Source: Polyangiales bacterium (GTDB lineage: Bacteria; Myxococcota_A; Polyangia; Polyangiales; Polyangiaceae). Taken from it: 64,000 nucleotides of DNA. Within the stretch, counting starts at the first letter, position 1. The number at the start of each line of letters is the position of its first letter. The notes beneath the pieces were generated by a model. That model saw nothing but the letters and a program-made list of their open reading frames with translations. It did no database searches and had not been told where the DNA came from. The translations under genes were made by a program, and so were the position numbers. Where the stretch lies: the NCBI GenBank assembly GCA_038231275.1, contig JBBRLQ010000009.1, forward strand, positions 96,001 to 160,000, given 5' to 3'. This document shows positions 37,932 to 46,674 of the stretch, piece by piece.

Positions 37932-40900
37932 AGCTCCTCCGCGTCGCCCACGCGGGCCGCGTCCTCTGCCGCGGCTTCTTTTTCGGGCCGCCACTAGGCG
38001 AGGACGAGGCGCGCGCGCGCATCCTCGCGCGGTTTCGTCCGGGCGCCACGGTTCGCCGGACCGAGGGAGGGCTCGTGCTCCTCCTCGCAGAGCCTACGTG
38101 GGTTCGTGTGGACGCGTCGCCCGGCGCTCCGCTCGTCGCGCAGGCGCACGTCCTGTCGTCGGCGCCGCTGACGAACGCAGAGCTCGTCGCCCTCGCGGCG
38201 CCGCCCGAGGCGCTCGTGCTTGCGCGCGCCGGTGCCGCGGTGGTGCTCGCGCCGCGCGCCGGCGACGAAGAGGACCCGGCGCGGTGGCTCGACACCTCCG
38301 AGGTCATCGTGCTCGGCGTGACATCGCTCGGCGCGCCGCCGCCCGCGCCCCGCGTCGCGCCCGCCCCGCCGCCGCTCGACGTCCGCGCCGCGTTGAAAGC
38401 GCCGGCCGCGTCGGCAGAGCTCGCCGCGGTGCGCGCGGCGCTCGAACAGATGCGCGCCGGCGTGGAGTCGTCGGCGGGTCGCTCCCTGGCGCGCGCCGAA
38501 ACGTCCAGCGGGGGAATGGACGCCTTCGCGCGCGCCGCTCGTACGGCGCTGGCAGGCGTCGCGCGCCTCTTCGCGTCCGTTCTCGGTCTCTTCGGGCGCG
38601 CGGCGTCGGCGTCGGAGTCCGCGTCCCGTCGAACCTCCGAGGCCGCGAGCTCGCGGGCTCTCGCGGCGCGTCCGGCGCCGCCGAGCGGACCAAGCTTCCT
38701 CGAGCGTCTCCGCGCGCGCGTCCTCGACGTCGCGGCGCGGCTCCTCGTTCTTTCGCGAATCGCCCGCTTTTTCGAGCGCGCCCACGCGCAGTACCTCTCG
38801 AAAATGATCGACATGTTCGAACGCGGCGATCTCGAGGACGCGCTGCGCCACGCGATCCCGCTCGGTCAAGGAGACGGTTCGAGCGGTCCACCCGCGCTCC
38901 TCCCCGGAGGACCGCGCGCGGATCTCTCGATCTCGCCATGGCGCGCTCCCGCCCGAGGCGCGATCGGCCTCGGCGGCGCCCTGTTCGAGGATCTTCGCAC
39001 CATGTACCGGCGCGCGTTCGAGCGGCTCGTGGCCATGGGCGCGATCGAGCGCGCGGCCTTCGTCCTCGCGGAGCTGCTCGGCGCGAACGAAGAGGCCGTG
39101 TCGTTCCTCGAACGCCACGGGAAATACGAGCTCGCTGCGCAGATCGCCGAGGCGCGGGACCTGCCGCCGGGGCTCGTCGTTCGCCAGTGGCTCCTCGCGG
39201 GCGACACCCCGCGGGCGATCGCGATCGCCCGCGCGAAGGGGGCGTTCGCCGACGCCGTCGCGCGCCTCGAGCGCGCGGGGCCGCCGTACGCGAGCCTCGC
39301 CGTGCCGCTCCGCCTCCGGTGGGCCGACGTCCTCGCCGAAAGCGGGGCGTACGCCGCCGCCGTCGACGTCGTGTGGCCGGTCGAGAGCGCCCGTCCGCTC
39401 GCGCGCGCGTGGATCGAGCGCGCGCTCCTCGTCGGCGGCGCGACGGCAGGGACGATGCTCGCGCGGAAGGCGTCGCTGCCTGGCACGTTCGCGGAGGTGC
39501 GCGCGCAGGTCCTCACGCTTTTTGGTGACGCCGAGCCGGAGATCGACGCCACGCGCGTGGCCTTCGCGTCTGCGCTCGCCGCAGGACCCGCGACTGCGGA
39601 GACGCGCGTCCTCGCGAGGCCGGCTGCGCGCGCGCTCCTCGCAGGTCGCGCCGCCGCCGCCGCGCTCGGCCGCCGAAAGAGCGCCGCCCTCGCCGAGCGC
39701 CTCGCCGTCTTCTCCAACGATCCGGCGCTGCGCGCCGACATGCGCCCGCTCGTCGTCACGCCGCGCGTCCCCAACATCCGAATCTCCGTTGCAGGCTTCT
39801 CCATGATCGGCGAACGGAACATCAACGAGGACGCGATCGACTTCGGTCACCTGATGGAGGGTGGCCGTCGCGCCCATGGCACCAACCTCACGGTTCATGG
39901 CTTCTTCCTCCATGTTCTCGACGGGAGCGGGGGCGGCGAACCCCCTCGTCACCCCGCGACGATCGCTGCGGACGCGGTCCATGACGTCCTCACGCGCGAC
40001 GCCGGCGCAGGTCGGACCCGCGATGCGCTCGCGCGGGACCTGCGCGCCGCCGTTCGTGAGGCCAACCGGCGCATCTTCGAGGCGTCGACGCGCGATGTCC
40101 GGATGCGCGGCATGGGCAGCACGAGCACGTGCGCGGCGCTCGTCGACGGCGCGCTCGTCGTGTCGCAGGTCGGCGACTCGCGCGCGTACCTCCTGCGCGG
40201 AATGCGCTTCGAGCAGCTGACGCGCGACGACTCGCTCCTCGAGGCCTACAAGGACCAGCCCGGCTCGTTCACGGAGGTTGAGCTCGCCGACCTCCCGCAG
40301 AACATCATCACCAAGGCGCTCGGCATGGCGAGCGAGCTAGAGCCGCGCATCTCCGTCGTCCCGCTCCAGCGCGGGGACGTGGTGCTCTTGACGACCGACG
40401 GCGTCCACGCGCTCCTGCCGTCCGAGGCGCTTCCGACGCTCGCCCGCGGCGCCCGCGACGCACGCGGCCTCATCGAGGCCATTCGCGCCCGCATGGCTGT
40501 CGCGCAGGCCGCGGACAACTACAGCGCGGTGGTCGCGCGCTTCGACGGGACCGATCTGCCGGTGGAGCTTTCACCAGGCCCCTCGGCGTCCCCTTACGAG
40601 CCGGCGCCATCGTCGCTCGCCAACGTCGGCGAGGTGTCGCTCACCAGCCGCGTCGATCCGCTCGTGCACGCGCGCGAGGAGGGGGACGTCGGCGCGCTCG
40701 CCATTCACGACGCAGCGCTTCTTCCGGACGGCCGGCTCCTCGTCGCGCTCGGCGAGCTCGGCGTGCGGCTCCTCTCGCCGGCCGGAAAGACGCTCGCCCA
40801 TTTCGGCGAGCCCGCGCACCACCTCGTCGTGAGCACCTTCGGCGATCGCGCGATCGCGCTGGCCTCTCGCGGCGACGCCTGGCGCGTCGCGAAGATCGAT

Positions 40901-41413
40901 CTCGTCGGCCGCCGCGTACGCGCATGGCACGACGCGCGCTTCGATCGGTGGGCCCCGTCGTTCGACGGCGCGCGCTTCTTCTGCTCCCTCGGCGCGCGCG
41001 TCTTCGCGGTCGACGCCATCGCGGACGACTGGAGCGCGACATGGACCGTGACCGTCGACGAAGGAAAGCCGAGCGCGTTGTCGGTCGACGCGAATGAGCT
41101 CTGCGTCGTCGTCACGCGCGCGAAGGACGCGCACGTCCTGTGGCGCTACGATCTCGCGACGATGACGCTTCGCGGTCGCACCCCGAGCATGGTGCCGCCG
41201 CGGCTCGGCTGGTCGTGGGAATCGTCCGACGACATGGTCTCCCTGCTCGACGCGGACGGCCGTGCCCGACTCGCACTCCGGCTTCGTGGCGCCCGCTCTC
41301 CATGTGCGCGCGTGGACGGCGCCGACTTCGTGGTCTTCGACGACCGCGGCAGGCTGATCGTCCTCTCACGCGCGACCGGCGAGGTCCTCCGCGAGCACCG
41401 CGTCGCCCCGTGA
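37928..41413 (+). CDS. Large ternary-system protein (bpX6-like N-terminus, helical repeats, inserted PP2C phosphatase, C-terminal beta-propeller)
   Basis: ATGA-coupled, 1161 aa; PGAPL..LSSAPL, MFERGDLEDALRHAIPL, PP2C motifs NED/DG.GG/GDSRAY/DG/DN, DAALLPDGRLLVALGE. Confidence 0.8.
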   Translation: MKLLRVAHAGRVLCRGFFFGPPLGEDEARARILARFRPGATVRRTEGGLVLLLAEPTWVRVDASPGAPLVAQAHVLSSAPLTNAELVALAAPPEALVLARAGAAVVLAPRAGDEEDPARWLDTSEVIVLGVTSLGAPPPAPRVAPAPPPLDVRAALKAPAASAELAAVRAALEQMRAGVESSAGRSLARAETSSGGMDAFARAARTALAGVARLFASVLGLFGRAASASESASRRTSEAASSRALAARPAPPSGPSFLERLRARVLDVAARLLVLSRIARFFERAHAQYLSKMIDMFERGDLEDALRHAIPLGQGDGSSGPPALLPGGPRADLSISPWRAPARGAIGLGGALFEDLRTMYRRAFERLVAMGAIERAAFVLAELLGANEEAVSFLERHGKYELAAQIAEARDLPPGLVVRQWLLAGDTPRAIAIARAKGAFADAVARLERAGPPYASLAVPLRLRWADVLAESGAYAAAVDVVWPVESARPLARAWIERALLVGGATAGTMLARKASLPGTFAEVRAQVLTLFGDAEPEIDATRVAFASALAAGPATAETRVLARPAARALLAGRAAAAALGRRKSAALAERLAVFSNDPALRADMRPLVVTPRVPNIRISVAGFSMIGERNINEDAIDFGHLMEGGRRAHGTNLTVHGFFLHVLDGSGGGEPPRHPATIAADAVHDVLTRDAGAGRTRDALARDLRAAVREANRRIFEASTRDVRMRGMGSTSTCAALVDGALVVSQVGDSRAYLLRGMRFEQLTRDDSLLEAYKDQPGSFTEVELADLPQNIITKALGMASELEPRISVVPLQRGDVVLLTTDGVHALLPSEALPTLARGARDARGLIEAIRARMAVAQAADNYSAVVARFDGTDLPVELSPGPSASPYEPAPSSLANVGEVSLTSRVDPLVHAREEGDVGALAIHDAALLPDGRLLVALGELGVRLLSPAGKTLAHFGEPAHHLVVSTFGDRAIALASRGDAWRVAKIDLVGRRVRAWHDARFDRWAPSFDGARFFCSLGARVFAVDAIADDWSATWTVTVDEGKPSALSVDANELCVVVTRAKDAHVLWRYDLATMTLRGRTPSMVPPRLGWSWESSDDMVSLLDADGRARLALRLRGARSPCARVDGADFVVFDDRGRLIVLSRATGEVLREHRVAP

Positions 41414-41542
41414 AAGAGCCCTCGTCCAAGAAAGGCCGGTCCCGGAAGGCCCGACTCGGCGTATCCTAGAGGTGCCCCGCATCGCACCTTGACCCCCATC
41501 CGCAGCGGATGGCACCATTTCAGGTAAGAGGCCCCCCGCTCC

Positions 41543-43021
41543 ATGTCCGAGTCGCAGCAGCGGTACCGCGTCGTCGAGAAGCTCGAGTCGGGCGGCATGG
41601 CCGAGGTTTTCCGCGCGGAGAGCGAGGGGCTGCAGGGCTTCAAGAAGCAGGTCGCGATCAAGCGCGTCCTGCCGCACCTGTCCGAGAAGAAGAAGTTCAT
41701 CTCGATGTTCCTCGACGAGGCGCGCCTCTCCGCGCAGCTCTCGCACTCGAACTGCGTGCAGGTCTTCGACATCGGCGTCGGCGACAACGCGTACTTCATC
41801 GTCATGGAGTTCGTCGACGGGGCGAACCTCAAGGCCATCGCCGAGGCGATCAAGAAGAGCGGGCGCGACTTCCCGGTTCCTGCGGCGGCGCTCATCGCGC
41901 TCGAGATCACGAAGGGCCTCTCCTACGCGCACGAGATGCGCGACCCCAACGGGATGGATCTCCACATCGTGCACCGCGACATGTCGCCGCCGAACGTGCT
42001 GGTGACCAAGTACGGCGAGATCAAAATCGTGGACTTCGGTCTCGCGAAGGCGAACTCGCAGCTCGAGAAGAGCGAGCCCGGCATCATCAAGGGGAAGTTC
42101 TCGTACCTGTCGCCCGAGGCGGCGATGGGGCAAGAGGTCGACGCGCGGACCGACATCTTCGCGGTCGGCATCATCTTGTGGGAGCTGCTCGCGGGGCAGC
42201 GGCTGTTCTTGGGCGAGACCGATTTCCAGACGGTGAAGAAGGTCCAGCAGGCCGTCGTCCCGTCGATCTCGAACATCAACAAGCGCGTGCCGCCGGAGCT
42301 GGAGCGCATCATCAACAAGACGCTCGCGCGCGAGCCCGCCGCCCGTTACCAGACGGCGCGTGATCTCGGGATGGAGCTGTCGAAGTTCCTCTTCTCGAAC
42401 GGCCAGCCCGTGAGCACATTCGACATCGCGTCACTCGTCGTCGGCGCGATGAAGGACAAGGCCAAGCATCGCGCGCCGCAAGGATCCATCATCGACAAGC
42501 TCATCGAGGAGGCGCTCCTCGAGTTCACGTCGCTCACCGACGACGCGCGCGAGGCGGCGCAGAAGCTCTCCGGGTCGAAGAAGCCGCCGCCCCTCGCCGC
42601 CGGCTCCGCGCCGCTGCGCGCCGATCAGTTCGTGGATCCGACGAACTGGGCGAAGGAGATCTCGCTCGGTGACATCACCGGCGGTGCCGACGACTCGATT
42701 CGTGCCTCGCTCCCGCCCGACGTCTTCCAGGCAGGGAATCTCTCCGCGCTCGAGGACGAGCCGCACTCCTCGCCGATGCCGTCGCCGCGCGGTGGAACGC
42801 CGCAGCCGTCTCCCGCGATGCAGGGGTCGCCCGGCTCGAACCCGCACCACATGAGGTCGTCGTACCCGCCGCCGATGATCCCGATGCCCCGGCACGGCAT
42901 GCAGCAGGCGCCGCCGCAAAAGAAGGGCGGCCTCGCCGGCGCGATCGTGGGCGTCGCCGTGGTCCTGTTCGCCGCCGCCGCCGCTGCCGCCGCGTGGTTC
43001 ACGCACTTGATTCCGCACTGA
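41543..43021 (+). CDS. Ser/Thr protein kinase with C-terminal TM
   Basis: GGMAEV, VAIK, HRDMSPPN, DFG, KGKFSYLSPE. Confidence 0.95.
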   Translation: MSESQQRYRVVEKLESGGMAEVFRAESEGLQGFKKQVAIKRVLPHLSEKKKFISMFLDEARLSAQLSHSNCVQVFDIGVGDNAYFIVMEFVDGANLKAIAEAIKKSGRDFPVPAAALIALEITKGLSYAHEMRDPNGMDLHIVHRDMSPPNVLVTKYGEIKIVDFGLAKANSQLEKSEPGIIKGKFSYLSPEAAMGQEVDARTDIFAVGIILWELLAGQRLFLGETDFQTVKKVQQAVVPSISNINKRVPPELERIINKTLAREPAARYQTARDLGMELSKFLFSNGQPVSTFDIASLVVGAMKDKAKHRAPQGSIIDKLIEEALLEFTSLTDDAREAAQKLSGSKKPPPLAAGSAPLRADQFVDPTNWAKEISLGDITGGADDSIRASLPPDVFQAGNLSALEDEPHSSPMPSPRGGTPQPSPAMQGSPGSNPHHMRSSYPPPMIPMPRHGMQQAPPQKKGGLAGAIVGVAVVLFAAAAAAAAWFTHLIPH

Positions 43022-43034
43022 AGTGCGGAATCAA
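43007..43034 (+). terminator. Perfect inverted repeat spanning the kinase stop codon (terminator-like)
   Basis: TTGATTCCGCAC-TGAA-GTGCGGAATCAA, followed shortly by CCTTTGTTTG. Confidence 0.6.
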
Positions 43035-43040
43035 ATGACG

Positions 43041-43170
43041 CCTTTGTTTGTGTGGGCTTGCAGCCCCTCCACGCCGGACGGCGTGGAGACCTCCCCGCGT
43101 CGCCCTTCGGGCGAAGTCGCGGGGCGCGACGGCGGACCCTGACGACTTGCCGGGGGGGAGAATTTTGGGG
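43041..43170 (+). repeat. Structured intergenic element, copy 1 (three hairpins)
   Basis: Collinear with the reverse complement of 62062-62217; shared CCTTTGTTTG, loops and GAATTTTGGGG. Confidence 0.75.
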
Positions 43171-43185
43171 TATGCGAGGGGGGCC

Positions 43186-43950
43186 GTGGTGGGTTCTCGC
43201 AGTATTCGACTTTTTTTTGGGGGGGCGCTCGCTGGGGGGGTCCTCGTGGCGACGGTGCCGGTGGCGGAGGGGCGGGGAGGGGCGTGTCCGAGCGGGATGG
43301 CGCTGATCGCTCCGCCTGAGGATGGGGCGCTGACGGAGCGGTATTGCATCGATCGGTGGGAGGCGTCGCTCGTCGAAGTGACCACCCACGGGAGCGCGCC
43401 GTTCTCGCCGTACGAGATGGTGAAGGGGCGGACTGTGAAGGCTGTCTCGCGCTCGGGCGTCGTTCCGCAGGCGTACCTCTCACGCAACGAAGCCGCCGCC
43501 GCGTGCAAGGCGTCGAAGAAGCGTCTGTGCACCGAAGAGGAGTGGACGACGGCGTGTCAGGGCAAGCGCCCGACCACGTACCCGTACGGCGACACCGCCC
43601 GCCCCGGCTCGTGCAACGACAGCGGTACCGCGCCGCTCCCCGCGCTCTATCCGGAGAACGACGAGGCCGCGCACTCGTTCGAGCCGATGAACGATTCACG
43701 CCTCAACCAGCAGCCGAACACGCTCAGCCGCACGGGCGCGCATCGTCGCTGCACGAACAGCTACGGCGTCTTCGACATGGTCGGCAACCTGCACGAGTGG
43801 GTGGACGATCCGAACGGCACCTTCCGCGGCGGCTACTACCTCGACACCCACATCAACGGTGATGGGTGCCGTTACCGTACGGTCGCGCACGACGCCGCGT
43901 ACCACGACTATTCGACCGGCTTTCGCTGCTGCGCCGATCTCGCGCGTTAG
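43186..43950 (+). CDS. Secreted formylglycine-generating-enzyme (SUMF1/FGE-sulfatase) family protein
   Basis: CPSGM, KRLCTEEEW..AC, YPYG, GVFDMVGNLHEW, RGG, GFRCC; start approximate. Confidence 0.9.
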   Translation: MVGSRSIRLFFGGALAGGVLVATVPVAEGRGGACPSGMALIAPPEDGALTERYCIDRWEASLVEVTTHGSAPFSPYEMVKGRTVKAVSRSGVVPQAYLSRNEAAAACKASKKRLCTEEEWTTACQGKRPTTYPYGDTARPGSCNDSGTAPLPALYPENDEAAHSFEPMNDSRLNQQPNTLSRTGAHRRCTNSYGVFDMVGNLHEWVDDPNGTFRGGYYLDTHINGDGCRYRTVAHDAAYHDYSTGFRCCADLAR

Positions 43951-44023
43951 GCGCGAGATCTCGGCGTACCCTCAAGGGTTCGCGTGGCGCGCCGTTCGTC
44001 GCCGCCAGGGGGAGAATCCATCA

Positions 44024-45205
44024 ATGACGACCCGCATCGCCACGTCCATCGCCCGCGGCACGCCCGCCGCCGCCGCGTCGCAGCTCGCGAACGATCTCAC
44101 ATCCCAACTCGGCGGCGCTCCGCCGGTCCTCGTCGTCGTCTTCGCATCGACCGCGCAGCCGCTCGGCGAGGTCGTACGGCACCTGGCTCCGTCGGTGGGC
44201 GGCGCGGTGCTCCTCGGCGCCTCCACCGCTGGAGAGTTCACCGAGAAGGGGGACGCGAAGGGAGCGGTCTGCGCGTTCGCCCTCGCGGGCGACTACAAGG
44301 TGTACGCGGGGATGGGTCGTCGTCTCAAGGAAGCGCCCGCCGAGGCCGTCAAGCACGCCATCTCCGAGCTTCCGCGCACCATTCCTGGTTATGGGCACCG
44401 CACCGGCATTTTGCTGCTCGATCCGCTCGCGGGCAATGGTGAGGAGGTCACGCTGCTCACCGCCTCGCATCTCGGCGCCGACGAGCCGCTCGCGGGCGGC
44501 GCCGCGGGGGACGATCTGCACATGGCGTCGACGCTCGTGTCGTGCGGCACGGACGCGGCCTCCGACGCGCTCGTCGTCGCGCAAATCTTCTCGAAGCAGG
44601 CGCTCGGCCTCGGGGTCTGCCACGGTCACACGCCGCTCAGTGAGCCGCTCCGCGTCACCCGCGCGAGCGGAAACGTCGTCGAGCAGATCGACGGACGACC
44701 TGCGTGGGACGTATGGCTCGAGCGCACCACGACGCGCGCCCGAGAGCGCGGCGTCGACCTCGCCACGATGCCCGCGGCCGACGAGGGGGCTTACCTCTTG
44801 CGCTACGAGGCGGGCATCGCCGCAGGCACCGAGCTCAAGATCCGAGCGCCGCTCTCCCGCAGCGCCAACGGCGCGATCAGCTTCGCGTGCGGCATCCCCG
44901 AGGGCACGGTCTTCCGGATCACCGAGAGCGCGCCCGAGTCACAAGTGGCGAGCGCGCGCGAGGCGGCACGTCGGGCCCGCGCACAGCTCGGAGGCAGCAC
45001 CGCGGCCGGCGCGCTCGTCTTCGACTGCATCTGCCGCAACCTCATCCTCGGCGACGGCTTCTCGGCAGCGGTGAAGGGCATGAGCGAAGAGCTGGGCGGC
45101 GTGCCGCTCGCGGGCTTCGAGACCTACGGCGAGATCGCGCTCGACGCGGGGGATCTGAGCGGCTTCCACAACACGACGAGCGTAGTCCTCGCCTTCCCGA
45201 CCTGA
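44024..45205 (+). CDS. FIST (NosP-like) signal-transduction protein
   Basis: GASTAGE, GGAAGD, IDGRPA, DCICR, GFETYGEI, HN.T. Confidence 0.9.
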   Translation: MTTRIATSIARGTPAAAASQLANDLTSQLGGAPPVLVVVFASTAQPLGEVVRHLAPSVGGAVLLGASTAGEFTEKGDAKGAVCAFALAGDYKVYAGMGRRLKEAPAEAVKHAISELPRTIPGYGHRTGILLLDPLAGNGEEVTLLTASHLGADEPLAGGAAGDDLHMASTLVSCGTDAASDALVVAQIFSKQALGLGVCHGHTPLSEPLRVTRASGNVVEQIDGRPAWDVWLERTTTRARERGVDLATMPAADEGAYLLRYEAGIAAGTELKIRAPLSRSANGAISFACGIPEGTVFRITESAPESQVASAREAARRARAQLGGSTAAGALVFDCICRNLILGDGFSAAVKGMSEELGGVPLAGFETYGEIALDAGDLSGFHNTTSVVLAFPT

Positions 45206-45216
45206 GGGGTTCAGCC

Positions 45217-45783
45217 GTGGCGAGGGACCACCTTTCGAGGAGGACAATAAAGCGGAGCCAGCTCGTGGGGCTCCTCGAGCCGACCCTTGGCTTGGACAAG
45301 AGCGAGACGTTGGTGTTGACGGCGTCGCGCGAGCTCGTCATCCCGCAGGGTGACGAGATCCGTGTCGACCATGTGCTCGCGATCCTCGACCGTCTCGGAG
45401 AGATGGACGGAATCGCGGGGGTGGCCGCCCGGTTCGTGCGCGCGCGGGGTGAGCTCGACGCGCTGATCGCCCCGTCGGCGGCGAGCGCGCCGGCCCCCGC
45501 GCTCACGACGACGACCCCGGGCGGTGGCGTCGCGTTCGCGCGCCCCGCCGCAACGCCGCACGTGCCGTTCGAGGAGATCGCGATGTTCGTCGCGCCCGCG
45601 CTTGGCGATGCGGTGGCTCGAGCGTCGGTCGCGAAGCACGCCGCCGCGCTTGGCATCAAAGGCTACGACGCGACACGCGCCGAGGCGGCCCAGATCCTCG
45701 ACGGAATGTCGAAGGCGGAGGGCATCCTCGGCATCGTCGCGAGCTTCGCGAAAGCTCGCTTCATCCTCAAGTATCCGACGTGA
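45217..45783 (+). CDS. Hypothetical protein with two tandem ~70-aa helical domains
   Basis: Internal repeat P.LG...ILD.....GI.G..A.F..AR; 11 nt downstream of the FIST gene. Confidence 0.75.
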   Translation: MARDHLSRRTIKRSQLVGLLEPTLGLDKSETLVLTASRELVIPQGDEIRVDHVLAILDRLGEMDGIAGVAARFVRARGELDALIAPSAASAPAPALTTTTPGGGVAFARPAATPHVPFEEIAMFVAPALGDAVARASVAKHAAALGIKGYDATRAEAAQILDGMSKAEGILGIVASFAKARFILKYPT

Positions 45784-45786
45784 CGC

Positions 45787-46545
45787 TTACTGGCAGTCGA
45801 TCCGGTTGTACGCCGTGATGTGGCAGCCGGCGCGCTTGCAGTCGCGCGCGTGGACGAACTTACCGCCCTGGCACGTCAGCTCGCTCTTCGTGTCCATCGA
45901 GCAGACGACCATCCCGGGGACGCCGCAGGGATCGTTGAGCTCCGCCACCGACTCGTCACAGTTGTAGTCGCCGCTCGCTTTGATCGAGCACGCGGTGGCG
46001 CCGCGGCAGTAGCGGTAGAGATCGAACTTGCCGTCCTTGCACTGGAGGAGCTGCTTGAAATCGGCGCTGCACGCGAACGTGCCGGGCTTCTTGCAGGGAT
46101 CGTCCTTGGCCTGGAGGCTCGTGTCGCAGCTGACCGTGTCCTGCAGCGTCGCCCAGTCGTGCTTGATGCTGCACGACTTGGGGCCGCGGCAGTTGTAGTT
46201 CAGCTTGAACTTGCCCTCGTCGCAGATGAGCGCGCGCTTCTTGTCGAGCGAGCATGCCCAGTTCTCCGACTGGTTCAGCATGCAGCCGTCGCCTTCGTCG
46301 GCGATCTCGTCGTCGCACTGCACCTTCTTGGTGGCGCGGTCCTGCGTGCAGCCTTGCGGGCCTTTGCAGGGGACGAGCTGGAGCGTCATGTCGGCGCCAC
46401 ACGCGAGCGCGTTGTGGGCGTCGCCGCAGGTGGCCTGACCAGGGGAGCATTTGCCGCCCAGCTTCGGCTTGCAGCTCGCCAATACGACGAGCAGGCACAT
46501 CACGACGAAGAGGATCAACGACCGGCGAAGGAAACGTGACGACAT
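45787..46545 (-). CDS. Cys-rich repeat lipoprotein
   Basis: RBS GGAG, lipobox LASC, about 4 repeats of C..D....L.C..GKF.....C.G...C. Confidence 0.85.
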   Translation of the reverse strand: MSSRFLRRSLILFVVMCLLVVLASCKPKLGGKCSPGQATCGDAHNALACGADMTLQLVPCKGPQGCTQDRATKKVQCDDEIADEGDGCMLNQSENWACSLDKKRALICDEGKFKLNYNCRGPKSCSIKHDWATLQDTVSCDTSLQAKDDPCKKPGTFACSADFKQLLQCKDGKFDLYRYCRGATACSIKASGDYNCDESVAELNDPCGVPGMVVCSMDTKSELTCQGGKFVHARDCKRAGCHITAYNRIDCQ

Positions 46546-46674
46546 GGATTCTCCGTGCGGGTGGGTACTTCGCGAGACGTTTGCACCGAAGCTACTCGCC
46601 GCGGTCGTCCTAAGAAAACAGGGCAAATGGCCCCAGTAAAGGATTTTGCGCCGAGGCCCCCTAAAAACGCGGAT

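Noticed and set aside
41543..43021. Kinase as an integral fifth gene of the MoxR operon
   Set aside because: 129-bp gap with its own promoter-like sequence and no translational coupling; adjacency to the PP2C may be chance in a kinase-rich genome
43150..43290. Homopolymer runs (G7, T8-G7, G7) suggesting phase variation; mirrored C-runs at 62040-62125
   Set aside because: Both G-skewed tracts follow strong hairpins on the same strand and may be sequencing artefacts; the frame is intact; raw reads are needed. This also weakens the 3' boundary of the structured element
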